DNA of 62,418 nt from a virus (Duplodnaviria; Caudoviricetes), in IMG/VR virus record IMGVR_UViG_3300020043_005056, positions 1 to 62,418 of that record. One strand, written 5' to 3'. Under the pieces are notes generated by a model. That model was not told the DNA's origin. It worked only from the letters and a program-made list of their open reading frames with translations, and ran no database searches. The position numbers and the translations under genes are program-made. Position 1 is the stretch's first letter, and each line of letters starts with the position of its first letter. This document shows, in pieces, positions 26,054-34,294 of the stretch.

Positions 26054-26365
26054 ATGGGAATCGTAAAAAAAACTAAAGAAGAAAGAAAAGCTGATTCAGA
26101 TAAGGTTTATGACGAAGCTAAAAAAAGGAATGATACTCCTTTAGCAGAAACGCCTGACCCTACTACTCCTGTTACGAATTTAAAATCCGCATTGGCTGAT
26201 ATTAATACAAGAAGTGAAGCGAGACAATCGGCTCAAAATGCATCACAGGCAAAACTTGATGCTGATAGAATAGCAAGAAGCAAAGCAAGAAAATCTATTG
26301 CAGGAGAAGGCTCAAGACTTCACGGATTATCATCGTTTTCAGATAGAACAAGATTAAAACAATAA
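26054..26365 (+). CDS. small basic protein with DTPLxxTPDP motif
   Basis: RNDTPLAETPDP. Confidence 0.75.
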   Translation: MGIVKKTKEERKADSDKVYDEAKKRNDTPLAETPDPTTPVTNLKSALADINTRSEARQSAQNASQAKLDADRIARSKARKSIAGEGSRLHGLSSFSDRTRLKQ

Positions 26366-26390
26366 TTATTAACACAAACACTAAATTAAA

Positions 26391-26555
26391 ATGGCAAAGT
26401 CAAAATCAACAAACAGTTTACCGGCTGCTTCAAAATTAAAAGCACCGGAAGCAGCAGCAAAACCTGCTATTAAAGGAGCTATCAAAGGAGCTGCTAAAGG
26501 AGCTCTTACAGGAGCATTAAAAGGAATTGTTAAAACTGCAATCAAAAAGAAATAA
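26391..26555 (+). CDS. 54-aa cationic (xKGA)n peptide (not in ORF track)
   Basis: MAKSKSTNSLPAASKLKAPEAAAKPAIKGAIKGAAKGALTGALKGIVKTAIKKK. Confidence 0.7.
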   Translation: MAKSKSTNSLPAASKLKAPEAAAKPAIKGAIKGAAKGALTGALKGIVKTAIKKK

Positions 26556-26728
26556 TGGCTAAAGTAAAAGATACTCCGAATTTACCGGGTTCATCTCGTA
26601 TGCAGATGCCGGCTACAAGTGGAAATAATACTCCACTAAAAATTAAAGCTGACAGTAATGGCGTAACTCGTGCAGTTACAAAAGCTGCTTCAGGAAAAGG
26701 AATGGGTGGAAAAAACCCATATTGTTAA
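26555..26728 (+). CDS. 57-aa basic peptide (not in ORF track)
   Basis: MAKVKDTPNLPGSSRMQMP...GGKNPYC; TAATG coupling. Confidence 0.7.
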   Translation: MAKVKDTPNLPGSSRMQMPATSGNNTPLKIKADSNGVTRAVTKAASGKGMGGKNPYC

Positions 26729-26746
26729 TTTTTAAATAAAAAAAAG

Positions 26747-26890
26747 ATGGCTAAGAAAAAAGCAGAAGATGCTACTACTGATGAATCAGTAGAAGTAACA
26801 CAAGAAACTGTGCCAAACCCGGATAATGAGATTGTACCTGATGCAACTCCTGCCGGACACGGAAGTAGAGACTTCAATAGTACTGTTTAA
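26747..26890 (+). CDS. 47-aa acidic peptide (not in ORF track)
   Basis: MAKKKAEDATTDESVEVTQETVP...GHGSRDFNSTV. Confidence 0.65.
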   Translation: MAKKKAEDATTDESVEVTQETVPNPDNEIVPDATPAGHGSRDFNSTV

Positions 26891-26897
26891 TAAAAAT

Positions 26898-26941
26898 AAA
26901 CCAAGATTGCCAATAAGATTTTATTAGCAGTCTTGGTTTTT
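26898..26941 (+). terminator. intrinsic terminator hairpin
   Basis: AAACCAAGATTGC/GCAGTCTTGGTTT stem ending in a T-run. Confidence 0.7.
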
Positions 26942-26953
26942 AAAATTAATAAT

Positions 26954-27079
26954 ATGAAAAAAGTAATTGAAAAAGCAAAGCAGTACGAATCTAAGAAATC
27001 ATTAGATGGAAAGATGAAATTCTTAAAAGGTAATGTAGGCAAAACTCCGACTAAAGGATTGTCTATTAAAAAGAAATAA
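26954..27079 (+). CDS. 41-aa Lys-rich peptide (not in ORF track)
   Basis: MKKVIEKAKQYESKKSLDGKMKFLKG... Confidence 0.55.
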   Translation: MKKVIEKAKQYESKKSLDGKMKFLKGNVGKTPTKGLSIKKK

Positions 27080-27080
27080 T

Positions 27081-27419
27081 ATGCCAAAAGATGCGTGTTA
27101 TAAAAAAGTAAAAGCTCAGTATGATGTTTTTCCATCGGCAAGAGCTTCCCAAGCTATTGCTAAATGTAGAAAAGGCTCGGGAGTTGTTAGAAAAACTGAA
27201 GCCGGTACATCTTTAAAAAGATGGGATAAAGAAAAGTGGACTGATACTAAAACAGGTAAGGCTTGCGGTGCAGGAGGTAAAAATGAATATTGCAGACCAA
27301 AAGTAAAAGTATCTTCAAAGACGCCAAAAACTATATCAGAAATAAGTAGTTCTAAGTTGGCTTCTAAGAAAGTAGAAAAATCAAAAGTTGGTATGGGAAA
27401 TCGTGTTTCAAAAGTTTAA
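27081..27419 (+). CDS. basic conserved phage protein
   Basis: DACYKKVK, PSARAS, LKRWDKEKW, YCRP motifs. Confidence 0.75.
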   Translation: MPKDACYKKVKAQYDVFPSARASQAIAKCRKGSGVVRKTEAGTSLKRWDKEKWTDTKTGKACGAGGKNEYCRPKVKVSSKTPKTISEISSSKLASKKVEKSKVGMGNRVSKV

Positions 27420-27441
27420 AAAAATTTAATACCTTTACAAA

Positions 27442-27624
27442 ATGAAATCACAAGGATTAGGAGATACAATTGAAAAGATAACTGCCGCTACAGGAATTAA
27501 GTATGTGGTAGATGCTATTTCGGAAGCAACAGGAAAAGATTGTGGCTGTAGTGATAGAAAAGTTGCTATGAACAATCCTAAACTATTGATTAACAAAACA
27601 TTTTATAAAATAAATCCAAATTAA
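27442..27624 (+). CDS. small conserved phage protein
   Basis: GLGDTIEKIT..TGIK...DCGC..RK. Confidence 0.75.
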   Translation: MKSQGLGDTIEKITAATGIKYVVDAISEATGKDCGCSDRKVAMNNPKLLINKTFYKINPN

Positions 27625-27626
27625 AA

Positions 27627-28133
27627 ATGGCAACTCAAAAATTACAACCATCAAGAGCGTTAGTGGTAATACCATCAAATAATGCAAATATTCCAATTCC
27701 AAATTTATTAGCATCAGGCTCTACAACAAGTGCGGTTACTACTCAATTAATTGATACAAATGCAAGTTTTATTGTAACTGATGCAAATGGAGTTCAACAA
27801 TATAGAGTAAACACAGGAGATGTTATACATTTTCCGGGTACAGCTGCTGTTACTATTGCTCAAGTTATCAATGCCACTACTTTATTATTAAATGTAAGTG
27901 TTTCTTTAGGAAGTGGGGCTGTTTATTCAATATACCAAGAAGGTGCTCAAACAGGATTCAATAATCAAGGATGTGTACTTTATGTTGGAATAGGAGGAAA
28001 TATAAAAGTAACTACAAGCGGTAACGACATACTTACTTTTGTTAATGTTCAAGATGGAACATTTTTCCCAATAAACGTAATTAAAGTTTTTGCAAGCGAA
28101 ACTACTGCTACTAACATTATAGCTCTTTGGTAA
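27627..28133 (+). CDS. head spike base-like structural protein
   Basis: C-terminal LYVGIGGNIKV...FVNVQDGTFFPI..KV..TATNIIALW resembles the RcGTA spike-base family. Confidence 0.55.
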   Translation: MATQKLQPSRALVVIPSNNANIPIPNLLASGSTTSAVTTQLIDTNASFIVTDANGVQQYRVNTGDVIHFPGTAAVTIAQVINATTLLLNVSVSLGSGAVYSIYQEGAQTGFNNQGCVLYVGIGGNIKVTTSGNDILTFVNVQDGTFFPINVIKVFASETTATNIIALW

Positions 28134-28134
28134 T

Positions 28135-30078
28135 ATGCAAATATCCGTAGCAATATTAGTAACAGTCAATACTGCAAAAACTTATGTAGAAAGAATAATA
28201 AAATCTTTTATTGCAAGAGTAAATTCACTTGGCGGTATATTTGAAGCAAAATTGTGCTTAATAACAGCATTAACTGAATTAAATAGTATAGGGTTACTTG
28301 AAAAGGCTTCATTGGTTATAACTCCTAATGCCTATAATACCGGAGTGATATATGATGTAGTTCCAAATACCTCTCTTGGAGATTTGACTGTAGAAAGAGC
28401 TACAACAGGTTCAAGAGTAAATAGTGCACAATTAATTCAAACTGAAGGCATTAATATTCCAAGATTAGATTATTCAAATGGCACTTGTCCAAGTTGGCTG
28501 ATAGAGCCGCAAGAAACTAATATATTTAATTATTCTGAAGAGTTTGATAATCCGTTTTGGATAAAAGGAGCGGTAGGAGGAGTGGCAAATCCTGCTGTTA
28601 CACCAAATGTTTCAATTTCTCCTGATGGAACACTTAATGCTGACCAAGTTGATTTTCCAAGCATAGGTGCAGGTCAAACATCTATAATATTTGTTCCATT
28701 TACTTCAACCGGAGTAAACTACAGTCAAAGTTATTACATCAAAGGGTTAGATGGTACTGAGGTAATTTGGATTACTTATACGCCTGATGGTGTTAACTTT
28801 ATAACTAAGATTTGTAATTTAACAACAGATTGGCAGCGTTTTGACTTGAGTGCTTTAATTCCTATTGGAGGAAGCAACATTACTATTGGTGTAGATACAA
28901 GAGACCCTTTACAAACTATAAGACCTGCTCAAACTATATTTTTATGGGGTGGTCAATTAGAATTAAATGCATACGCCACATCATATATCAAAACTATAGC
29001 AACTACAGTTACAAGAAATTTCGATAAGATTAGTAAAGTTGGAATAAGTAGTTTACTAAATCCAAGTGAAGGAGTATTCTATATTGAAGCAGCCGCACTT
29101 AATCAAACGGACTCAGATTCAAGGTCTTTTAATGTAAATGATGTAATAGGAGATAATTATGTTGCAATTCAATATCAATTAGATGGAGATGTGAGATTTG
29201 ATGTAAGGTCAGGTGTAAATATAAATAGACTTAATATATCGGCTGTAATTGATACTGACTTTAATAAAATTGCTATATCTTGGGGTCCATCAGGTATATA
29301 TGGATATTTGAATGGTGTTCAATATGTAATACCACAATTTCAAGGAACTATACCTTCAATACCTGTTACTTTAACAAGAATATCTTTTTTTAGAGGTTCT
29401 TCAGCAAATATTGCGAACTCATATTTAAAAGAGTCGGCTGTGTTTAAAACTCAATTAACTGATGCCGAGTGTATTTTACTAACAACTAAAGCACCATCAA
29501 CTGTTGTAATTGGAGCTCAAACTTGGACAACAGAGAACCTTCAAGTAGAACATTATCGTAATGGAGATGCTATACCGCAGGTTACTGACCAAGCGACTTG
29601 GGATGCATTAACTACAGGGGCTTGGTGTTATTACGATAACCTAACTGCAAACGGTGTTGTATATGGTAAGTTATATAATTGGTATGCTGTTAATGACCCA
29701 AGAGGGTTAGCCCCCGAAGGATTTCGCATACCATCTTCAGATGAGTTTAATACATTAAGAACTTATTTAGGTGGAGAAAGTGTTGCAGGAGGTAAGATGA
29801 AATCAACAGGTAATGCATTAGTGGGAGATGGACTTTGGAGAAGTCCTAATACGGGAGCTACTAACGAAAGTGGATTTACAGCTCTTCCCGCAGGAAGACG
29901 TATTATCGGGTCGTTTACTAATAAAACTGAGATTACTGATTTTTGGAGTTCTACAGGATTAAGTCTTTTTGGTGCTAAAAGTTTCACAATAGATTATAGT
30001 TCGCCTTCACTTTTTAGTCTTACTTTGGGAGAATCTAAGGTAAAAGGTTTTTCAGTACGATTAATAAAAAATACATAA
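28135..30078 (+). CDS. head/tail fibre with C-terminal Fib_succ_major (FISUMP) domain
   Basis: PRLDY...LIEP..TN and WGGQLE..ATSYI.T fibre motifs; IGAQTWTTENL, YGKLYNWYAV, APEGFRIPS, FWSST, GFSVRLIK. Confidence 0.75.
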   Translation: MQISVAILVTVNTAKTYVERIIKSFIARVNSLGGIFEAKLCLITALTELNSIGLLEKASLVITPNAYNTGVIYDVVPNTSLGDLTVERATTGSRVNSAQLIQTEGINIPRLDYSNGTCPSWLIEPQETNIFNYSEEFDNPFWIKGAVGGVANPAVTPNVSISPDGTLNADQVDFPSIGAGQTSIIFVPFTSTGVNYSQSYYIKGLDGTEVIWITYTPDGVNFITKICNLTTDWQRFDLSALIPIGGSNITIGVDTRDPLQTIRPAQTIFLWGGQLELNAYATSYIKTIATTVTRNFDKISKVGISSLLNPSEGVFYIEAAALNQTDSDSRSFNVNDVIGDNYVAIQYQLDGDVRFDVRSGVNINRLNISAVIDTDFNKIAISWGPSGIYGYLNGVQYVIPQFQGTIPSIPVTLTRISFFRGSSANIANSYLKESAVFKTQLTDAECILLTTKAPSTVVIGAQTWTTENLQVEHYRNGDAIPQVTDQATWDALTTGAWCYYDNLTANGVVYGKLYNWYAVNDPRGLAPEGFRIPSSDEFNTLRTYLGGESVAGGKMKSTGNALVGDGLWRSPNTGATNESGFTALPAGRRIIGSFTNKTEITDFWSSTGLSLFGAKSFTIDYSSPSLFSLTLGESKVKGFSVRLIKNT

Positions 30079-30079
30079 G

Positions 30080-30415
30080 ATGGAAATATATAAACTAAAT
30101 TATACTGACAATCAAACTGCAATTGCTGATTTATTAGCAAAAGGAGTTTATGTGGAAGTAGTTTTTGAAGAAGAAACATATTTAGAGTATGGAGAAGGAA
30201 TAGAGTCAGTCGTTGAAATAGGAAAGATAGTTAAAGTTCCGGGCACTTACGATGTTAACTTTAATGTAATTACACCGCCTATTTATTATGATGGATATGC
30301 TTACGATGTAATGTGTCAACAAAAGATTATCTTTGAAAGCGAAATATTCCCTGTGGATTGTAAACATAGTTTTATGGGTTATCCTGAAAATGCGGATGGA
30401 CCTGTATCTGAATAA
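30080..30415 (+). CDS. fibre-associated hypothetical protein
   Basis: ATG ORF directly after the fibre gene. Confidence 0.7.
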   Translation: MEIYKLNYTDNQTAIADLLAKGVYVEVVFEEETYLEYGEGIESVVEIGKIVKVPGTYDVNFNVITPPIYYDGYAYDVMCQQKIIFESEIFPVDCKHSFMGYPENADGPVSE

Positions 30416-30434
30416 TTAAATATAGTAAGTTAAA

Positions 30435-30569
30435 ATGGCAAAGGTTAAACAACAAGAGAGTGCTTATCAAGCAAAACCCAAAAAGTCAGGCGTAGCAGCA
30501 AAGACTAAAACGAGTACCCTAAAATCAAGTAAGAACTACGTTAAATCGTACAAAGGACAAGGAAGATAA
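30435..30569 (+). CDS. 44-aa basic peptide ending YKGQGR (not in ORF track)
   Basis: MAKVKQQESAYQAKPKKSG...KNYVKSYKGQGR; TAATG coupling to the holin. Confidence 0.7.
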   Translation: MAKVKQQESAYQAKPKKSGVAAKTKTSTLKSSKNYVKSYKGQGR

Positions 30570-31000
30570 TGAAATACATAAACTACATAGTGTCATCATT
30601 GATACTTCTATTTGTACCAATTTATGGATTGTTAATAGCTGTGGGTGCGGCAATAATTCTTGATACATTCACAGGTATTTTTAAAAGTGTAAAACTTAAA
30701 GGTTGGAGCAGTATAAGAAGTAGAGTTTTATCAAATATAATTTCAAAAATGGCATTATATGAAGTTTGCATTTTATTTTTATTTGTAATAGATAAGTTTT
30801 TGCTTAATGAGTTTATATTTCATTGGTTTGGATTTACATTTATGTTTACAAAAATATGTGCAATACTTTTAATTTTTATAGAGTTGGTTTCGATAAAAGA
30901 AAATATTGAAGAAACTTTTAATGTAGATATTTGGAAGTTACTTAAAAAAGCATTCCTAAGAGCAAAAGAAATTAAAACAAATGTAAACGATATTACGTAA
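30569..31000 (+). CDS. holin
   Basis: Several TM helices; LDTFTGI, IELVSIKEN motifs; precedes the lysin candidate. Confidence 0.8.
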   Translation: MKYINYIVSSLILLFVPIYGLLIAVGAAIILDTFTGIFKSVKLKGWSSIRSRVLSNIISKMALYEVCILFLFVIDKFLLNEFIFHWFGFTFMFTKICAILLIFIELVSIKENIEETFNVDIWKLLKKAFLRAKEIKTNVNDIT

Positions 31001-31383
31001 TGAAACTAATATTAAAAAGACTACATAGAACAGAGCATTCAACAATAGGAGAACTATATGTTGATGGAAAGTTTGAATGCTACACTCTTGAAGATAAAGA
31101 GCGTGAAGTAAAAATAAAATCAGAAACTGCTATTTCAAAAGGAGAATACAAAGTAATTATAAATCAATCAAATAGATTTAAAAGACTTCTTCCTTTGTTG
31201 TTAAATGTGCCAAATTTTGAGGGGGTGCGTATTCATTCCGGAAATTCCAATCACGACACAGAGGGTTGTATATTAGTTGGAACTACACGTTCAAAAGATT
31301 TCATTGGAAGTTCTCGAATAGCTTTTCAAAGACTATTCAAAAAAATGCAATTAGCAAAAAATATAACTCTAACAATTGAATAA
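31000..31383 (+). CDS. DUF5675-family protein, probable endolysin
   Basis: TIGELY, CYTLE, VRIHSGN..DTEGCILVG; lies between holin and spanin candidates. Confidence 0.75.
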   Translation: MKLILKRLHRTEHSTIGELYVDGKFECYTLEDKEREVKIKSETAISKGEYKVIINQSNRFKRLLPLLLNVPNFEGVRIHSGNSNHDTEGCILVGTTRSKDFIGSSRIAFQRLFKKMQLAKNITLTIE

Positions 31384-31655
31384 TGGCAAAGACAGCAGCT
31401 TGGACAAGAAAAGAAGGAAAGTCTGAATCAGGAGGATTAAATGCTAAAGGTGTAGCAAGTTATAGAGCTTCCAACCCGGGAAGCAAATTAAAAATGGCTG
31501 TTACAACCAAGCCTTCTAAATTAAAACCCGGAAGTAAAGATGCTAACAGAAGAAAGTCTTTCTGTGCTCGTATGGGAGGAATGCCGGGTCCTATGAAAAA
31601 ACCAAATGGAGAACCAACAAGAAAAGCATTATCACTAAGAAAATGGAACTGTTAA
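31383..31655 (+). CDS. basic conserved phage protein
   Basis: GGLNAKG, NPGSKL, RRKSFCARM, LRKWNC. Confidence 0.75.
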   Translation: MAKTAAWTRKEGKSESGGLNAKGVASYRASNPGSKLKMAVTTKPSKLKPGSKDANRRKSFCARMGGMPGPMKKPNGEPTRKALSLRKWNC

Positions 31656-32125
31656 TGAAAAAATATATTTTAATTTTTTTTTCTCTATTGCTATTTTCTT
31701 GTGCTGCAAGAAAAGTAAACGTAGATAAAGTAGATACCGTAGTTAAAACCGACAGTACATCTATAACTAAACAAGAAACTGTAGCAACTCAAGATAACAA
31801 TGTTAGCGTTACGACAGATACTGACGAGTTAGAGATAATCCCAATTGATACTACCAAAGTTATTGAGGTTGATGGTAAGAAGTACAAAAATGTAAAACTC
31901 AGGTATAAAAAAACAAAAAAGGTCTTAGTAGATAACACAAAAATAAAAGTGTCTGAAAAGGTCTTAATTAAAGCCAATGTTAAAAAGGCTGCTTCAGTAA
32001 AAGTATTCAAAAAAGAAATCGATAAAAAAGCTAACTACTCAATTTATTTGTGGTGGCTTTTGATTCTATTACTTATTGCATTGGCATACTATACTTATAG
32101 AAAAATCAATCGAACTTTATTTTAA
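31655..32125 (+). CDS. lipoprotein with C-terminal TM helix, unimolecular spanin candidate
   Basis: MKKYILIFFSLLLFSC lipobox, beta-rich middle, C-terminal YLWWLLILLLIALAYY. Confidence 0.65.
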   Translation: MKKYILIFFSLLLFSCAARKVNVDKVDTVVKTDSTSITKQETVATQDNNVSVTTDTDELEIIPIDTTKVIEVDGKKYKNVKLRYKKTKKVLVDNTKIKVSEKVLIKANVKKAASVKVFKKEIDKKANYSIYLWWLLILLLIALAYYTYRKINRTLF

Positions 32126-32129
32126 AATT

Positions 32130-32666
32130 ATGGCAATATTAAGAAATCTCGGAACTCCATTAGCAAGTACTAATGATGACGAAAACAAAAAACCTGTTAT
32201 CAAAAGAACAGAGGTTAAGAATCCTGATGGGACTACTACGTATAGACAATCTTGGAATAATGAAACTGTAAGAAAACAAATAACATCTTCAAATAAACCA
32301 AGGAAGTTTATAAATAATCCAAATCTTTCAAATGTGAGAAAAAAAGAGACGTCTTCAAAAACAATAACTCCCGGCTCAAGAGAGATTACTACTGCTCCAA
32401 TTCCTAAAGCTGTTGGAAGAACAGATAATGAGATTAAAGCTCCGCCTATTAAAATACAGACTCCTGTTAAACGTTCTACTAGAGAGGATATAATTTATTC
32501 AAAGAGAAAAAAAGAAAACGAGACTAGAGAAGAATTTGATAAAAGAGATAAAGAGGAAGATGAAAGACTGAATAAAAATGCGCTTAAGAACCAAAGAAAG
32601 GGAGATGGAAATGAAGGTAAAATAATGACAGGTAAAAATCAAGGAACAACTTGTAGAAACTGTTAA
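32130..32666 (+). CDS. basic, likely disordered protein (probable start 32130)
   Basis: MAILRNLGTPLAST...; ends CRNC. Confidence 0.65.
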   Translation: MAILRNLGTPLASTNDDENKKPVIKRTEVKNPDGTTTYRQSWNNETVRKQITSSNKPRKFINNPNLSNVRKKETSSKTITPGSREITTAPIPKAVGRTDNEIKAPPIKIQTPVKRSTREDIIYSKRKKENETREEFDKRDKEEDERLNKNALKNQRKGDGNEGKIMTGKNQGTTCRNC

Positions 32667-32679
32667 TAAAAATTTTTCA

Positions 32680-32687
32680 TATCTTTG
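32680..32687 (+). promoter_or_regulatory. Bacteroidota -7 promoter
   Basis: TATCTTTG. Confidence 0.7.
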
Positions 32688-32720
32688 TATAATTAATAAT
32701 CAAATTAAAATTAAATTAAA

Positions 32721-32957
32721 ATGGCAAACGAGCAAGTAACACAGGAAGAATTAACAAAAATCCAAGAATTAAACTCAGAGTTTAATAAAGCAAAAATGGC
32801 TATTGGAGATGTTGAATTACAAAAACTACAAATCTTAAACCACATCGAAGGGTTAAAGATTCAGTTTTCAGCACACGAAAAAGAATTAATTGAAAAGTAC
32901 GGTAAAGATGCTGTAATCAATATCCAAACCGGAGAAGTAACTCATAAAACAGACTAA
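32721..32957 (+). CDS. small coiled-coil protein
   Basis: Heptad pattern; L.EKYG...INIQTGE. Confidence 0.75.
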   Translation: MANEQVTQEELTKIQELNSEFNKAKMAIGDVELQKLQILNHIEGLKIQFSAHEKELIEKYGKDAVINIQTGEVTHKTD

Positions 32958-32962
32958 AAGAA

Positions 32963-34288
32963 ATGGCAAAGATTAGTACATACCCACAACCAACACCTCC
33001 GCAGTTATCGGACTATGTTATTGGAACAGATATTAGTGATTTGTTAATGACAAAGAATTTTCTTTTGTCAGACATAATCACTCTTGCTACAACTACAAAT
33101 CAATTTGTAACAATTGTTGGAGCACAGACAATAACCGGTTCAAAAACATTTGACTACGGTACTACAACAGGTGTTTCGGCTCCTGTAATAATCAACTTGC
33201 CGGCTCAAACTCAGGCTATTTCTCCTGATGCATTACAAATTTACATTAATGGTCAAGTACCAACAAGTACACCCGGTTTTATTGCAGGAGTAAATGTTCA
33301 AGCACATCTTCTTGATAACGTATGTTATTTTGCAGATTTACTTGGAGATTCAGGTTCTTCAACAGGTATTATAATTAATAGTGAGGATTCACATAGTGGA
33401 AACTTTTTAGAATTTAGAAAGAGAATAACATCTCCTTCTTCTAATACTCTTAAATTTAGTGTGGCAAATAATGGAGATGCAACTGCAAATTCATTTATAA
33501 AATTGGGAGGTCTCTCAACTGAATATTTAATGGCAAATGGCTCTACATCAACTATGCCTACACTGCAACAAGTAACAACAGCAGGAGCGACTACAACAAA
33601 TACCATAACAATCACGCCTTCTGTAGGAGATGGAATAGTTATAAATGCAGGGGATGAAACAGGTCTCTATTCTGAAACTACTGATGGAACTTCGGTATTT
33701 GGAAAAGAGTTAGGAAGTGGAATTGGAGTACAAGGAGAGTCTTATGATGGTAATGGTGTATATGGATATTCTTATGATGGCATTGGTGTATATGGACAAA
33801 CCGGCTTTGAAGGTGGAGCGATTGCTGCGGATGGGGGAACTCTTGGAACGGGTGTAAATGTAATTAATGGAGGAATAAATATATTTGGATTAGTAAATCC
33901 TGTAACGGGCTATCAATTAAATTTAAGTCTAAACTCAGCAGCAAAGCCATCTACAAACACGTGGACTATAGCTTCTGATGAAAGAGTTAAAACAAATGTG
34001 AATCCATATACAAAAGGATTAGAAACTATATTAGCTATAAATCCAATTACATACGATTATAATGGAAAGGCAGGTTTTGATTCAACAAGTATTAATAATA
34101 TTGGTATTATAGCACAAGATGTGCTTAATATAATCCCGGAATGTATAAATACTTATAAAGCAAAACTTAATGAGGATGATGAAGAAAAAACAGAATTATA
34201 TAATTTTGATTCTCACGCATTAACTTTTATTTTAATAAATGCTATTAAAGAGTTGAAAGCGGAAATTGAATTATTAAAATCTAAATAA
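32963..34288 (+). CDS. tail fibre with C-terminal intramolecular chaperone (Peptidase_S74)
   Basis: GVYG repeats; SDERVKTNV, GIIAQDV, LINAIKEL. Confidence 0.85.
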   Translation: MAKISTYPQPTPPQLSDYVIGTDISDLLMTKNFLLSDIITLATTTNQFVTIVGAQTITGSKTFDYGTTTGVSAPVIINLPAQTQAISPDALQIYINGQVPTSTPGFIAGVNVQAHLLDNVCYFADLLGDSGSSTGIIINSEDSHSGNFLEFRKRITSPSSNTLKFSVANNGDATANSFIKLGGLSTEYLMANGSTSTMPTLQQVTTAGATTTNTITITPSVGDGIVINAGDETGLYSETTDGTSVFGKELGSGIGVQGESYDGNGVYGYSYDGIGVYGQTGFEGGAIAADGGTLGTGVNVINGGINIFGLVNPVTGYQLNLSLNSAAKPSTNTWTIASDERVKTNVNPYTKGLETILAINPITYDYNGKAGFDSTSINNIGIIAQDVLNIIPECINTYKAKLNEDDEEKTELYNFDSHALTFILINAIKELKAEIELLKSK

Positions 34289-34294
34289 AATGAA

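Noticed and set aside
29480-30078. Diversity-generating retroelement targeting the Fib_succ_major domain
   Set aside because: No reverse transcriptase ORF, and I saw no second adenine-variant copy of the 3' end.
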